A stretch of DNA of 64,000 nucleotides. Origin: Octopus sinensis (Eukaryota). This document shows, piece by piece, positions 11,360-24,388 of this stretch. Position 1 is the stretch's first letter; each line of letters begins with the position of its first letter. The position numbers were made by a program, and so were the translations under genes. The notes under the pieces were generated by a model. The model was not told the origin of the DNA. It worked only from the letters and a program-made list of their open reading frames with translations, and searched no databases. The stretch covers positions 29,760,001 through 29,824,000 of the forward strand of contig NC_043010.1 of assembly GCF_006345805.1 (NCBI RefSeq). Direction: 5' to 3'.

Positions 11360-12340
11360 ATGTACTCCATGCAATCTGTTTACTCCATGAGCGAGCAGTT
11401 TAGCTGTGATTCATGTGAGAAAACCTTCCAGCTATATGACCAACTTAAGGCTCACAAGAGATCTATGCATGCTGGTAGTGGTGAACATAAATCTTTCATA
11501 TGTGAATTCTGCCACAAAGAATTCAGCCAGATTTCGTCCTTGCGTAACCACGAACGCACACACACAGGTGAGAAACCATTCCAGTGCCTGACTTGCAGTA
11601 AGTCCTTCAGCCAAAGGGGCAACTTGAAACACCACGAACGAATACACACTGGGGAGAAGCCGTTCACTTGCGAGATGTGTGCAAAAGCTTTTAGCCAAGT
11701 GTCAAGTCTGCGCAACCATGAGCGGACGCATACAGGCGAAAAGCCTTTCACCTGTCCAACTTGTTCGAAAGAGTTTAGCCAGAAGGGAAATCTGAAAATA
11801 CACGAACGAACACATACTGGCGAAAAACCTTTCACTTGTTCCCTCTGTACCAAATCTTTCAGCCAGAAAGGAAATCTGAAAACACATATGCGCAACCATG
11901 GAGATAAAAAAGAATTCAGCTGCTCCCTCTGTGGAAAAGTATTCTCATGTAAATCATTGCTGAAATGCCATGAAAAAGCACATAATGTGTCTGAGGCAGG
12001 TAGTAGTCAAGGAATCGGCACAGCCATGGGGCAAGAAGCAATAGGGCTGGTCCCAAATCCCACAACTGCCACTGAGGGCCCAGCAGGCTCCATCGACCTT
12101 AGAAAGGACCTATATAACTATCACAGCAACAACAGTAACAGCAACCATAATCATCCACAGCACACATCAGCCACCACAGGTGTACAAGCTCAGCAGCCAC
12201 ACCTGTCACAACAGCTGCGCAATCAAACCAACTTTGGTGCTAACTCCAGTGGATTTGATCCTAGGGATCACCTAGCAGCATCACAGTTAGATTTAACCAC
12301 GGATAATCGGCACAATCAGAACAACCGTGTCTATGTGTAA
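11360..12340 (+). CDS. C2H2 zinc-finger protein, 326 aa, 7 fingers, low-complexity N/H/Q C-terminus
   Basis: Seven CxxC-x12-HxxxH units, mostly joined by TGEKPF linkers. Pyrimidine tract and AG acceptor at 11345-11346 precede the ATG. AATAAA at 12366 and 12382. Confidence 0.95.
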   Translation: MYSMQSVYSMSEQFSCDSCEKTFQLYDQLKAHKRSMHAGSGEHKSFICEFCHKEFSQISSLRNHERTHTGEKPFQCLTCSKSFSQRGNLKHHERIHTGEKPFTCEMCAKAFSQVSSLRNHERTHTGEKPFTCPTCSKEFSQKGNLKIHERTHTGEKPFTCSLCTKSFSQKGNLKTHMRNHGDKKEFSCSLCGKVFSCKSLLKCHEKAHNVSEAGSSQGIGTAMGQEAIGLVPNPTTATEGPAGSIDLRKDLYNYHSNNSNSNHNHPQHTSATTGVQAQQPHLSQQLRNQTNFGANSSGFDPRDHLAASQLDLTTDNRHNQNNRVYV

Positions 12341-12682
12341 GGAGCCATACCCAACAAAGCTGCCAAATAAACCATCATTTTAATAAAAACGAACTCTCTT
12401 TGGACAACACTTTTACTATTTTTATTATTGTCAAAAGTAATTATTATTATTGTTGATATTGGCAAGCATCTAAGGACAGCACTCAGTTTTCAAGGAACTG
12501 AGTTCATTTCAATTCATGCTTGGAACCACTAAATGCTCTTGGGTAAAGCACAGACTCCACAAGTTTCTATTTCTCTCCTTCTCCATAAAAATATTGTCTT
12601 CATGCCAGTATAAGAAACTATCATCATCATCATCATCATCATCATCTGTTGTGATTACAAAGGTTAAGTAGATACATCCTTT

Positions 12683-12723
<41 letters not shown>

Positions 12724-12942
12724 TTTGAACCAAACAAAATAACTATTGACCACTCGATGATTTGAACAGACTTGTGTTAAACCCTCATCAGCAATGACTA
12801 CCCAAACAGACCCATGGGTTGGAGTGTTGTTGCCCGAGTGGTGCAAAGGTGTTGTCTGCCAGGAGTAGGGAATCGCCAACAAATGGTGGATGCAGTGGCA
12901 CACCTCCTTATTACTACTATGTAAGTGTGTATGTGTGTTCGC

Positions 12943-12985
<43 letters not shown>

Positions 12986-12989
12986 CATA

Positions 12990-13243
12990 TAGTTGTGATA
13001 CCAGTGCCAGTGGCACGTAAGCGAACCATCCAAACGTGGCCGTTGCCAGCCCCGTCTGGCACGTAAAAAGCACCCACTATACTCACGGAGTGGTTGGCGT
13101 TAGGAAGGGCATCCAGCCGTAGAAACATTGCCAGATCAGACTGGGCTTGGTGCAGCCTTCTGGCTTCCCAGACCCCAGTTGAACCGTCCAACCCATGCTA
13201 GCATGGAAAGCGGACGCTAAATGATGATGATGATGATGATGAT
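12990..13243 (+). mobile_element. RTE-type 3' end / family C retroposon with (ATG)n tail
   Basis: GGCACGTAAAAAGCACCCACTA matches the RTE 3' UTR at 35580-35646. Ends AACCCATGCTAGCATGGAAAGCGGACGCTAAATGATGATG; the same tail is at 33668. Confidence 0.8.
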
Positions 13244-13545
13244 CGTTGCAGTTCAGGTTTCTGGGAGCTGTAGATTTAAATTCTGCTACAATCATTGTGT
13301 TGTGTCCTTTGGGGTCAAGATGTTTTCTCAATTACCTACCTCTTAAAAACTATGGGTCAAGAGGGTTTTTTTTCTCTTGCTTTTACTGATGTTAAGATAT
13401 TGACTTCAGGAATTGAGGTCATATCCTATAAAGGTCAATATTGATTTTATATAATTCCAGGATCAAAAGGGCAGAGTGATTTAAAAATTGTGCCACTAAG
13501 ATTTACCAGTCAAGTCTTTCTCTTTTCTTTTACAGAGAGAAGAAA

Positions 13546-14200
13546 TTATTATTAAGGTGGTGAGCTGGCAGAATCATTAGCACCTTGGCTAAAATGCTTA
13601 ATCACATTTCTTCCAGCTCCTCTACATTCTGAGTTCAAATTCTGCTGAGGCCAACTTTGCTTTTCATCCTTTTGGAGGTAATATATTAAGGTCTAGTTAT
13701 GTACTGAGGTTGATGTATTCAGTTTGCCCCCTCCCTTCAAAATTACTGGCCTTGTACCAGAATTAGAATTATTATTGTTATTAGGGTGAATGTATTGCCA
13801 GAATCATTAGTTTTAGGTAAAATGCCTTGTAATGCTTAGCTATGACACTTTATGTTCTGAGTTAAAATTCCACTGAGGTCAACTTTGCCTTGGGGTTGCT
13901 GTAATTGACTTAAACCCTCCCCCAATATTTCAGGCTTTGTGCCTTTAGTAGAAAGGATTATTATTGTTGTTGTAGTGTACTTGTAGAATTATTGGAGCAT
14001 TGGAAGAAATACCTGTTAATATTTCTTCCAGTGCTTTACATTCTGAATTCAAATACTGTCAAAGTCCATTTTACCTCTCCTTATTTTGGGGTCAATAAAA
14101 TAAGCACTGTTTGAGTACTGGGGCTGATGTGATTGACGAACCCCACCCTGCAAAAATTTCAGGCCATGTGCTTTTGTTAGAAAAGATTATCATCATTATT
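13546..14200 (+). mobile_element. Tandem run of three decayed family B SINEs separated by (ATT)n
   Basis: Repeated core GAGCTGGCAGAATCATTAGC...TTCTGAGTTCAAATTC...CTTTGCCTTTCATCCTTT...GAAAGGATTATTATT. Confidence 0.75.
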
Positions 14201-14858
14201 GTTAGAGTAGTGGAATACTCTTTTACTTGTTTCAGTCATTTGACTGTGGCCATGCTGGAGCATTGCCTTTAGTTGAGCAAATCGACCCAAGGACTTATTC
14301 TTTGTAAGCCTAGTACTTATTCTATCATCCTCTTTTGCCGAACCACTAAGTTACAGAGACGTAACACACCAGCATCAGTTGTCAAGCGATGTTGGGGGGA
14401 CAAACACAGACACACAAACGTATACACACACACATACATATATATATATACATATATACGACGGGCTTCTTTCAGTTTCTGTCTACCAAATCACTCAATC
14501 ATAGAAATCCGTTTAATACATGATTTCCCTTGAAAAAAAGCAACCGGTACTTTTCTGTAATATCTCGTTTTGCGAAATAACTGTAACAAGTGCATATTTT
14601 CAAGGTGCCACGCAGTGGGACTGCACCCGGAACCATATGGTTGGAAAGCAAGCTACTTTATGGTGAAATTGCTAAAATATCTGACAAAATAACTTGTACT
14701 TATTTTGAGTTCAAATCATGCTGAGATCAGTTTTGCCTTACATATTCCTAGGCTAATTAAATAAATTACTAGTCAAGCCCCGGAGTCAGTTTAATTGACT
14801 AACACCTCTCCCCAAATTTCAGGTCATTTATCAATTAGAAACTATTATTATTATTTAA

Positions 14859-15079
14859 CCCTTTAGTGTTTAAACCGGCCATATCCGGCCCAATATATTC
14901 TACATGTTTTATATTCAAACTGGCCATGTCTAGCCTCTCACACCTAACCTACAATGCCATTCTAAAAATAAACAATCACATCATTGAAACCTCAAATCTA
15001 TAAGATAATCCAGGATTAATTCAAAACAATTTGAGTGAAAAAGTATTACATTTAACAGAGTAATCTGAACACTAAAAGG
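14859..15079. mobile_element. piggyBac-type MITE (TTAA target, CCC termini)
   Basis: TTAA-CCCTTTAGTGTT ... TCTGAACACTAAAAGG-TCAA. Further copies at 21566-21771, 25878-26093, about 26870-27066, about 27275-27487, and a partial one near 22830-22941. Confidence 0.75.
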
Positions 15080-16735
15080 TCAAGGGAGCAAGCTGGCAAA
15101 ATCATTAGGACATTGGGCAAAATGTGTAGCAACATTTGGTCCATTCTTATGTTCTGAGTTTAATTGTCAAGATCAACTTTGCCTTTCATCCTTTCAGGGT
15201 TGATAAAATAAGTACTAGTCAAGCACTGGTTGATAAAATAAGTACTAGTCAAGACTTATCCCACCTCTCGAAGTTGCTAGCCTTTTGCCAAAATTTGAAA
15301 CCATAATTATATTATTAGTATCATTGAGCTGGAAGAATTTGTTAACATGTCAGACAAAATATTTAGTGGCATTTCTTCCAAATCTTTTCATTCTGAGTTC
15401 TAATTCTGCTGAGATTGACTTCACCTTTCATCCTTTTGATCCTTTTGGGCTGATAAAGTAATCACTGTTCAAGCTGGCCTTGTGCCAAAAATAGAAAGAC
15501 TCATCATCATCATTACCACTCTCATCAGCTGTGTGTATGCAATATTACTACTGATGAGTCATTTGTCCACCAGAAAGATACTAGATGATTTATTTTAATG
15601 TTATGATGTTTTAAGGGGTATATCTATAGATTTCTTCTGTAGCCAGTTTTCATAGTTAATTAAGAGTATTTGGTATTTCTTAACATCAAACTTTCTTTAC
15701 CCATTGCTGAATAAGAACTTTTTAAAAAGAAAATTGTATTAATATGTTTCACCAACATATTTTTCTTTCATTTTTTGCTCTCACCTTCTTCAAGGCGATT
15801 GCATGTATTACATAACTGACTGCCATGCAGTTGTTAACTTAGCTTTGACTTAATGAATATTAAAATATTTTGTTTACTCTAGGATCAGGCAGCTTTTGCA
15901 TATGATGCTTCCATTTAGAACATGTCATTTTCTGAAATTTTTTTTTTAATTAGTTAATTCCAGAAGGATGAAGTAAGAGAAAAGGATTGAGAAATTGATT
16001 TATTGTGGAATTGAATGGGAGAGTTTAGACATGTTAAGAAGTGAGTAGACTTGGCTGGATTTCAGTAACAGAAGTAAGAAAAACAGCCTGCTCATTCTGA
16101 GGGGCTGACATTTTTGTAGTAACTGTAGTAAAGAGCATAGTCTTATGTGTGTGTGTGTGTAGATCAAAGGCTCTTGTAAGACAGACAGTTAAAATGTGTT
16201 GTTTATATCATTTATCCTTGCATTGCTTCAGTGAAGCAGAGCTGTGATTGGGATGACAAATCTTATAGTTGAATGGTCATAGTATACACTATACCAAGTA
16301 TCATCTAGAGTTAAACCAGCTCCATTGTCCTTTCTTCAAATCTGACATGACTAAATTAGTCACTTATAAAATTTCTAGCTTCATTCATTCTTTTTATAGT
16401 GGCAATGTGATTCCTTCATGATACAGACTGTCCACTATATCCTGTCATTCAGAAAAGAAAATATGATTGTTTTTGTAATGTTGTAGAATTTGTGTATTCC
16501 AAATAAGGATGGACTAATGATAAATGAATGTTTGTTGATTAATCCTCATTGCAATTGACTTTCAATTTTTGCCCTAGTAAAACTATCATCTAACTGATTT
16601 AGCAATTATTGATTGGATGTTTCAATTACAGCTTTCTGTCCATCAAGTTTTCTAATATTTAGGTCTTTAAAAACATTTTCTTATGTATGCATGCATCATT
16701 TTAAAGATGACAAGATGTTTATCAATGGAGATTTA

Positions 16736-18002
16736 TCAGGTCATTAAGAATGAAATGTCCAATTTTGAACTGAAAGTTTATTTTAATTTTATCTTGACAA
16801 AAAGCAAAGCAGTTAATCAAAGTATGCACCTAAATTATCAACACAATTTTGCCATTTTATCAGTAGCTTATTTATGCCAGCAGCAAAGAATTCTGGAGAG
16901 CAAGAGGTGATGAAATTACGAAAAGCTGTTTTTGCATCTTCTCCAGATTTGAAGTTTTTTCCTTGCAAAAAGTTGTCTAATGCTTGGAAAACATGATAGT
17001 CAGTTGGTGCAAGGTCTGGTGAATATGGTGGATGACAGTATTTTCAAGTTTAGTTCCTGTAACTTGAGTAACGTTCTTTGCGCAACGTGGTTGAGCATTG
17101 TCTTGCCTGTCTCTATTGACCAATCTCAGTTGCTTAATTACAAGTTCACTGATCATTTCATCCAATTGGTTGATGTATACATCCACTGTAATTGATTTAC
17201 CAGGTCTCATGAAGCTGTAGTGGATGACACCAGTACTGGACCACCAAACAGACACCATTAGCTTTTTTTGGTGAATATTATTTTTTGGATTGTTTTGGCA
17301 CTTGTCTGTAGCCAACCACCATGCAGAACACTTGCTATTGTTGAAAATAATCCATTTTTCATTATATGTAACAATATGATGCAAAAATGGTTTGCTTTTA
17401 TGTGGTGACAGCAAATAACAGCAAGTTTCAAGATGACATGTCATTTGATGCTCGTTCAGTTTATGTGGTACCCACTTGTCCAGCTTCTTTACCTTGCCAA
17501 TTTGTTTCAGATGGCCCAGTACAGTTGGAGTCGAAGCATTAAATTTTGCTGCTGACTCACATGTAGTTTGAAATGTATCCACTTCTACTACAGTTTCCAG
17601 CTCATCATTATCCACTTTGGTCTCAATTCTACTACGGGGCTGATTTTCAAGAATAAGTCTTCAGACCGAAACTTCTCAAACCATCGACATACAGTGTGCT
17701 CATTCACTATATCCTCACCAAACACCTCATTGATGTTTTGAGCTGTCTGGGATGCACTGGTTCCATGACAGAACTCATATTCATAAACAACAGGAATTTT
17801 TTTATCTATCCACGGGTTCACAATAATTGATTTACAAGAGAAAACTCACAATATAATCAGACACCATGAATAGCATTTTGCAAAGTGATGATGTAATTCT
17901 TCAATGTTGTAAAACAAAGAATTGTCTGGATAAAACATTAGAGTTAACGACTATCAAAGTTGGTGCATAAGAAAATCGGACATTTCATTCTTAATGATCT
18001 GA
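16736..18002 (-). mobile_element. Full-length defective mariner element (1267 bp)
   Basis: TIRs TCAGGTCATTAAGAATGAAATGTCCAATTTT and AAAATCGGACATTTCATTCTTAATGATCTGA, with TA on both sides (16734-35, 18003-04). Fragmented transposase includes RWFEKFRS, WVPHKLNEHQ, IVTYNEKW, KLMVSVWWS and QDNAQP. Confidence 0.93.
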
Positions 18003-21000
18003 TAGCTACTGTATTGAACAGGTCAAAAACTAGGAGATAGCAAATATGAAAAGCTTGCAACCTCTGCTTTATCAAACATGTCAACTTGAGCATAGGTGGA
18101 ACTGATGAGAAGGGCTTGAGCTCTTAGAAACTTGTTGATTTTAGTTTTAAAAAGACATTTTAGATTACTTGTAAAACTAAACATTTTTAAAACTGATACA
18201 ATGACTTGTTCTATATGCTGGTCTTTGTAAATGTTAAAATGCTAAGAAGAATACTTTTTCTTTCTGTTGTCCTTTTCATTAAATGAACTGTTATTCTGTT
18301 ACTGAAAAACTTCCTGAAGCAGGAAGGACATATTAGATAATGTAGTCTTATCTATAAATCCTAGCCTAAAATATGGGATGGTCATAGCTGGAATGCTTTG
18401 ATCTTAGGTTTGTTGGATCAGAGCTGATTTGGGGGTTAAACAACAACATAAATCAATGAGAGAAATCTCTATGTGGTCGCTTGGTCTGCTCTGAAAGGAA
18501 CAAAACATTGGACATTATAGCCATAAATGTCAAGGTTGTCATAACTACAATGCCTTTGCCCTGTGGTTAAACATAATCCACACTGCTACAATTTCATGGA
18601 ACTGACTAAAGTTATATCAAATATAGAGGAGGTCCTTTTTAATGGGTAGATGCCTTTCCTAGCAGCACTCATTCTCAATTGAATATTTAATGGTAGGTTG
18701 ACATGTAGGAAGTCTTCATTTGCCTTATAACTCTTACAATGGTTAGAGCTAGGTTTGAAATCCTGACCTTGCCTTTACCTCACTGCCACTGTAATTTTGA
18801 AATTCCATACACCCATAAATAGTGTATTAATATTTATAGCCAGTTTAACACTGAGAGCTGGCAGAATCGTTAGCATGTCAGGCAAAATGCCACTTAGCAT
18901 CTTGCCCATCTGTATGTTTTGAGTTCAAATTCCATTGAGGTCAGCTTTGCCTTTTGTCCTTTCAGGGTCAATAAAATAAGAACCAGTTGAGCACTGGAGT
19001 CAATGTTATCAGTTTACTCCCTCCCCTGAAATTGCTGACTTTGTGCCAAAATTCGAAACCAATATTTATAGCTAATTATATATGGCACTGAATTGAAATC
19101 ATACTAAGGCCAACTTTGTTTTTTATTTTCATGTGAAAAATAAAGCACCGGTCATGTATTCAGTCAATCTAACCAACTACATCCTTACCTCATATTTGAT
19201 GTGTGCCTATGTGAAAAATCAATTATATATATACATCCCCACACACATACTGGTAAAACTGTTCTTCACAGATATTAATGTTCGTCTGTGTTAGCATATA
19301 TTAGATTAAATGTTGATATAAAGTGTTCATTTGATTCTATTGAACGTTGTTTCTTTCCCAATTTTCCTGTCTTATTTGTTATTGCTTGGGACACAACACA
19401 ATGCGTCTGTAACAAAGTTTGAGTTCAGTCTCCTAATGTAATAATAATAATATCACCATCAGCAGTTACAACAAATTTTACTCTATAAATCTCACCTTCA
19501 GCCTTTATCCATTGTTTTTCCTGTTACCCAGCATGAGGTGAATACCTGTTACTGCAGAGGTCCACATTGACACCAGCATGAAGACTTATAATTCTCAATT
19601 AGAAAGATTTTTTTTTTTTTTAGCATTCTGTTCTAGTTTTATCCTCCTTCCAACTCAAATAATAACTTATAGTTAATCCTACTACACATCTTTCTCTCCA
19701 GTTATAAACAAGAGAGGTGCTTGCAGAGAGCATTTTGGTAAACTTTGCCTTTTTTTCCTTTCAGGATTAATAAAATATGTACCAATTGATTTATTTCAGC
19801 TTGCAAGTCCATTTAATGCAGGTGACACCTTGATGTTCACTATCTTTTCTGTTATTAAATTGTATGTATAACACTCATTTAGTCCCTACTGATTATCACT
19901 TGTACTCATCATTATATCTGCTTTACAAGCAATGCCCCTACCCCCAATTCATTTTCACCTGTTGTCCACTACTATCAGCTGCGGTAGTCTTTGTATTTAC
20001 TCACTAATAGTTTCTGTATTTTGCATATGGCTCTGAATAGTTGCTGACCTGTTGCTGCAGCAGTAGTGCTGATCCTACTGGTCACTGATGTTGCGGTCAT
20101 CTCTGCATCTGCTTAAGTATCAGCAGTAAGTGGAAGATCTTCATCAGCTGATCATTAACTTTAATGATCTCTGTCAGTGCTGTCCACCAGTGGTTTCTGA
20201 TGACAAACCAAGGGATCTTTAATTTTGTTATTCGAACTGCAAGAAATAGAAGCTAAATATCCCTCGAATCACATTATTGTCTTAATAAGATGAAAGGACT
20301 TGTTGGATAGTGTCATCTCTGATACATTCTCTGGAATAAAGATGAGGTGGTCATAGCTTGAACACTTTTGGGCCATAGGTCAGTCTGGTCAGTTAGAAAT
20401 GACCTTGGCTAAAATAGCAGCAACCTCTGCTGATCATGTAACTGTTGCCTTAAACAAATTTTTTCAAATACAAGCATGATATTTATGTTACAGTTTTTTT
20501 TTTTTTTAGTTATAGCTTGGAGGTTAGTGAAGTGGCAGAGATGATAGAATGTTGAAGTGAATAATTTGCAGTATTTAGTTCACTCATGCTTTCTATATAA
20601 TTAGTTCAAACCTCGTTGCCTTTCATTCCTCCAGGGTTATACTGGGCTCAATACACCTTGCCCCCACCCCACCCCGATAAATTTGTGAAGCCATCCTTAA
20701 TGTTAAAAATCGTTATTCTTTTTCTTCTCGGAAATCTGACATACTCTTCACATCTCCAATGTGCCTCATTTCCCCTCATCCCTGCAACCTTACAGTCAAG
20801 TCCATTGCATGTTATTGGCCAATATGGAGAGACAGCGAGAGAAATCGGGTATGCATATACACTTGTGTTTAAAAACTGGTTTTCTGATCACTTCCTGCCA
20901 TAATTTACTATCCAAATCTGAACATGACCATCACCATTAATCACTCTCTGGGGTGACTTCACTACTACTATTACTGCTACTTTTATTATTACTATCCCAC

Positions 21001-22154
21001 CACCACTACCAACACCATTATTTCTACCATCTTCACTTACTTTTTCTAACAGCACTAGTATTGCTATTTGCACTGTTTCTAAGCAATAACCATCACCACC
21101 AATATTGCCTACACTATGCTATATACTCATTTATTCTGTTGCTAGGTAACTAACCACCACTATCACACTACAACCATTGTTCACCTTAAACCCTCCACTA
21201 AACATTACATACCAATATTATATCTCTATATATTTATGATTGCTGAATTGTAGAAGATTTAGTAGTTTATTTTTTATTATTTTTTTTGCCCAGAAATAAT
21301 GTTTTTCAAATTTTTTTTCTTTTTCATTTTTTGTTTTTTTTTAGCCCCATCCTCAATAAAATGGTTATTTACCTCTTCATTCTTTTCATTAATATCACTG
21401 AGGTTTCTTTCTAATTACACCTCAAATCACATCTGCTGAAATGAATTTTTACATTTTTTTCCCTTTTTTTAATAAAACACATTGTCCTTAACTAAAAAAA
21501 CAAAAAAAACTCCTGTAATTTTTAAAAAAAATATTACATGTATTGATATTGTTATTGTTGTTTAACCCTTCAACATTCAAAAAGGCTGTATCTGACCTAA
21601 ATATTCTACCATTTTTGTGTTAAAACTGGCCAGATTTATCCTACAATGTCATTCTTAAAATAAGCAATCACGCCATGAAAATCTTTTTGCCACAAGATAA
21701 TGTATGATTAATTAAAAATAATGTGAATAAATAAACATTACCTTTGAGAGAGTAATCTGAATGCTGAAGGGATAACCATTGTGTTTAAAGGAGACTAGGT
21801 TGAAAAATACCCAGGACTTTGTTCAGCTTGAAAACTAAAGAACAATCAGTACTAACATACTTGATGTAATGAGTTAACTTTCAATTAAGTAAAATTACTA
21901 ATTTTGTAGAAGCTGGCAAACTGGCAAAATTGTTAAGCATTTTGGACAAAATGCTTAGTGGCATTTCCTCCAGCTTTACACTCTGAATTCAAATCCTGTT
22001 GAAGTCAATTTTGTCTTTCATCACAAGTAAAATAAAGTACCAGTTAAGTACTAGGGTCAATGTATCAACTACCTTGCCCCTCTTTTCAAAGTTGCTGGCC
22101 TTGAGCCCTGCTGATGTCTCTTTCAGAGGAAATGGTGTGATTTTGTTTACTTAT

Positions 22155-22485
22155 ATGCCATGGCTCAGTGGTTGGAGCGTCGAGCTTACGGTCGTGAGAT
22201 TGTAAGCTCAATTTCCAGACCGGGCTGCGTGTTGTGTTCTTGAGCAAGACACCTTATTTCATGTTGCTCCAGTTAACTCAGCTGTAGAAATGATTTGCGA
22301 CATCACAAGTGCCAAGCTGTATTGGCCTTGGCCTTTCCCTTGGATAACATCAGTGGTGGGGAGGGGAGACTGGTATGGATGGGCGACTGCTGGCCTTTCA
22401 CAAACAACCTTGCCTGGACTTGTGCCTCGGACGGTAACATTCTGGGTGCAATCCCATGGTCATTCATGATCGAAGGGGGTCTCCT
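22155..22485 (+). mobile_element. tRNA(Arg-like)-headed SINE (family D), near full length
   Basis: GGCTCAGTGGTTGGAGCGTCGAGCTTACGGTCGTGAG head, followed by the same body as 5821-6099. Confidence 0.85.
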
Positions 22486-23219
22486 ATATGCCATGGAAAC
22501 CAGGTGACTGGCCTTATAAATCCTATGGCTAAGGAAAAGAATTTTAAAAATTCCCTTTATCATTAATTCAGGTAAGGGAGTTAATTGTGAAATTTGAATT
22601 CTTGACAGTATGGTGAAACAACTCTTAAGTATGTTTCAGTTTTATTACACCTTTTTAGTGGAATATTACCAATACCAGTCAAAGATAATTTGAGAAATTT
22701 GTTTTACTAGTTTCATTCATTGGACTGTAGCCATACAGTGGTACCACTTCAAGGATTTTATTTGATCATATCAAATGCAGCTATTTCATTGACTCACTAA
22801 ATTATGTACTTGACATAAAAAAGACAACTCGCAACATCCACATCATCAAAATCTTGGAGATATGAAATAATGCATGATTAATTCCAAACATAGTGAATAA
22901 ATAAGCATTACATTTGACAAAATAATCTGAATGCTAAGGGGCTCAAGCAGTAAACTTAATCATAGTTGCAGACAAGAAATGGAAATTTAATTTTCATGCT
23001 CACAGAAGAAAATGTGGTCTTTCTTAGCAGGCAAGAGGGACAACTTCAAGTATATTTCAACTTTTCTAGACCTCATTAGCTTGCTTGATCATAGGTTTTT
23101 ACATACAGAAAAACAGTTAAGCACAATTTTGGTATGTTAACCAAAATTGTTCTTAACTGGTAGACTTAATTCATTACCCAGTTTAACACCATCATTTAAT
23201 CCCTTACTTGTACTTGTAA

Positions 23220-23660
23220 TGGCGTTCACCCAGGGCGGGTTGAGCCGGCTTCTTCTCTCATAGAAGAAGTTTCGTAGGAATATTGAATTCACAAGCGGTC
23301 CCCGACATCCCGCATGCATATCCCGAGTGACGGGACGCCCTGTTTGCCGCAGTCTCCACAGACGCAGAGACAGAACAACCTCGAAGCCGCCGGTTGCCGA
23401 TCAGACACCTCTTGGAATTTTCACCAGAGCCCTGTTGGCCAGGCTGCAGCCCTAATGCCGCTCAGTGCCAGACCAATCTGCCTTGGGTGGCCCTACCAGG
23501 AAATGAAGTTGCCGACAGCATAGCTCTGACAGTGCCCGTTTACACCACCCTACCGCTTTGAGGAGGGGTTGGACTTGGGTAACTTTAACAGAGTTCATTC
23601 TATTGCAGACATTTGTGCCAGGTCTCCAGTTTGCGGATGACTGCCTCCTTTCCTCCCTCT
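23220..23660 (+). mobile_element. GC-rich retroelement relic, possible RNase H domain
   Basis: Abrupt GC/CpG-rich patch. Translation PWVALPGNEVADSIA resembles the RNase H motif WVPGHxGxxGNExAD, and GIFTRALL in another frame resembles IFTDSxAL. Confidence 0.4.
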
Positions 23661-24352
23661 CATCAGTCATGGAGGCTGTAAAATGTCAGGAGTACTGCTC
23701 TTCTATTCTAATTAAAAGGATAAAAACAAAATAGTAATTTGCATTATTATAAAATGTGAGCTAAGGGAAATAACTCGTTGATCAATGTTATGGATTTAGT
23801 TGAGGTGGTGGTGAATAATGTATGCCAACAAATTCTCTTCTTGGAGAAAGAAATCGGAAACAGCAGCTTATCAAAGAAAAGAGAGATAATGACAACAAAT
23901 AAGTGTAAAAATTAAATTTTTCTATAAAATAATTAATTTCTTGAAATTTTGTCCCCTTTGTGAAACAGACAATTACCACAAGGGCTGTTTTTCATTCTCC
24001 AACTAAAAGGCAAATTTCAGCTCACAAAGATGCAGGCATAGCTGTGTGATTAAGAAGTTTGCTTCCCAACCACAAGGTTTCAGGTTCTGTCCCAGTATAT
24101 GGCACTTTTGGGATGTCTTCTATTATCGCCCCAAGCCAATCAATACTTTGTGAGTAAATTAGGGAAAACGTAAACTGAAAAAACTCATTGTGCATATATA
24201 TATATAAATATATATATTGGTAAAAACGGTAAGATAACAAAAGAAAGAAAGAGACCTCAATATTATGTAAATAGAGGAATTTATCTGTAAAATAATATCC
24301 AAAACTCAGAGTTTTATCTTGGCTACTGAATAATTGTCACATATTATTTTAC

Positions 24353-24388
<36 letters not shown>

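Noticed and set aside
11406-11899. Alternative-frame and antisense ORFs over the first ZNF
   Set aside because: These are shadows of the 84-bp finger periodicity, with no independent protein signature.
12770-12800. Minus-strand CTGATGAGGGTTT as a hammerhead
   Set aside because: There is no closing stem II or GAAA downstream.
16977-17821. Active or domesticated SETMAR-like gene
   Set aside because: It is frameshifted, the first catalytic Asp is replaced, there is no SET exon, and both TIRs are still present.
22155-22230. Functional tRNA genes at SINE heads (also 3341, 5770-5820, 50370-50430)
   Set aside because: The A/B-box-like heads run straight into repeat bodies. No complete cloverleaf or T-run terminator is evident.
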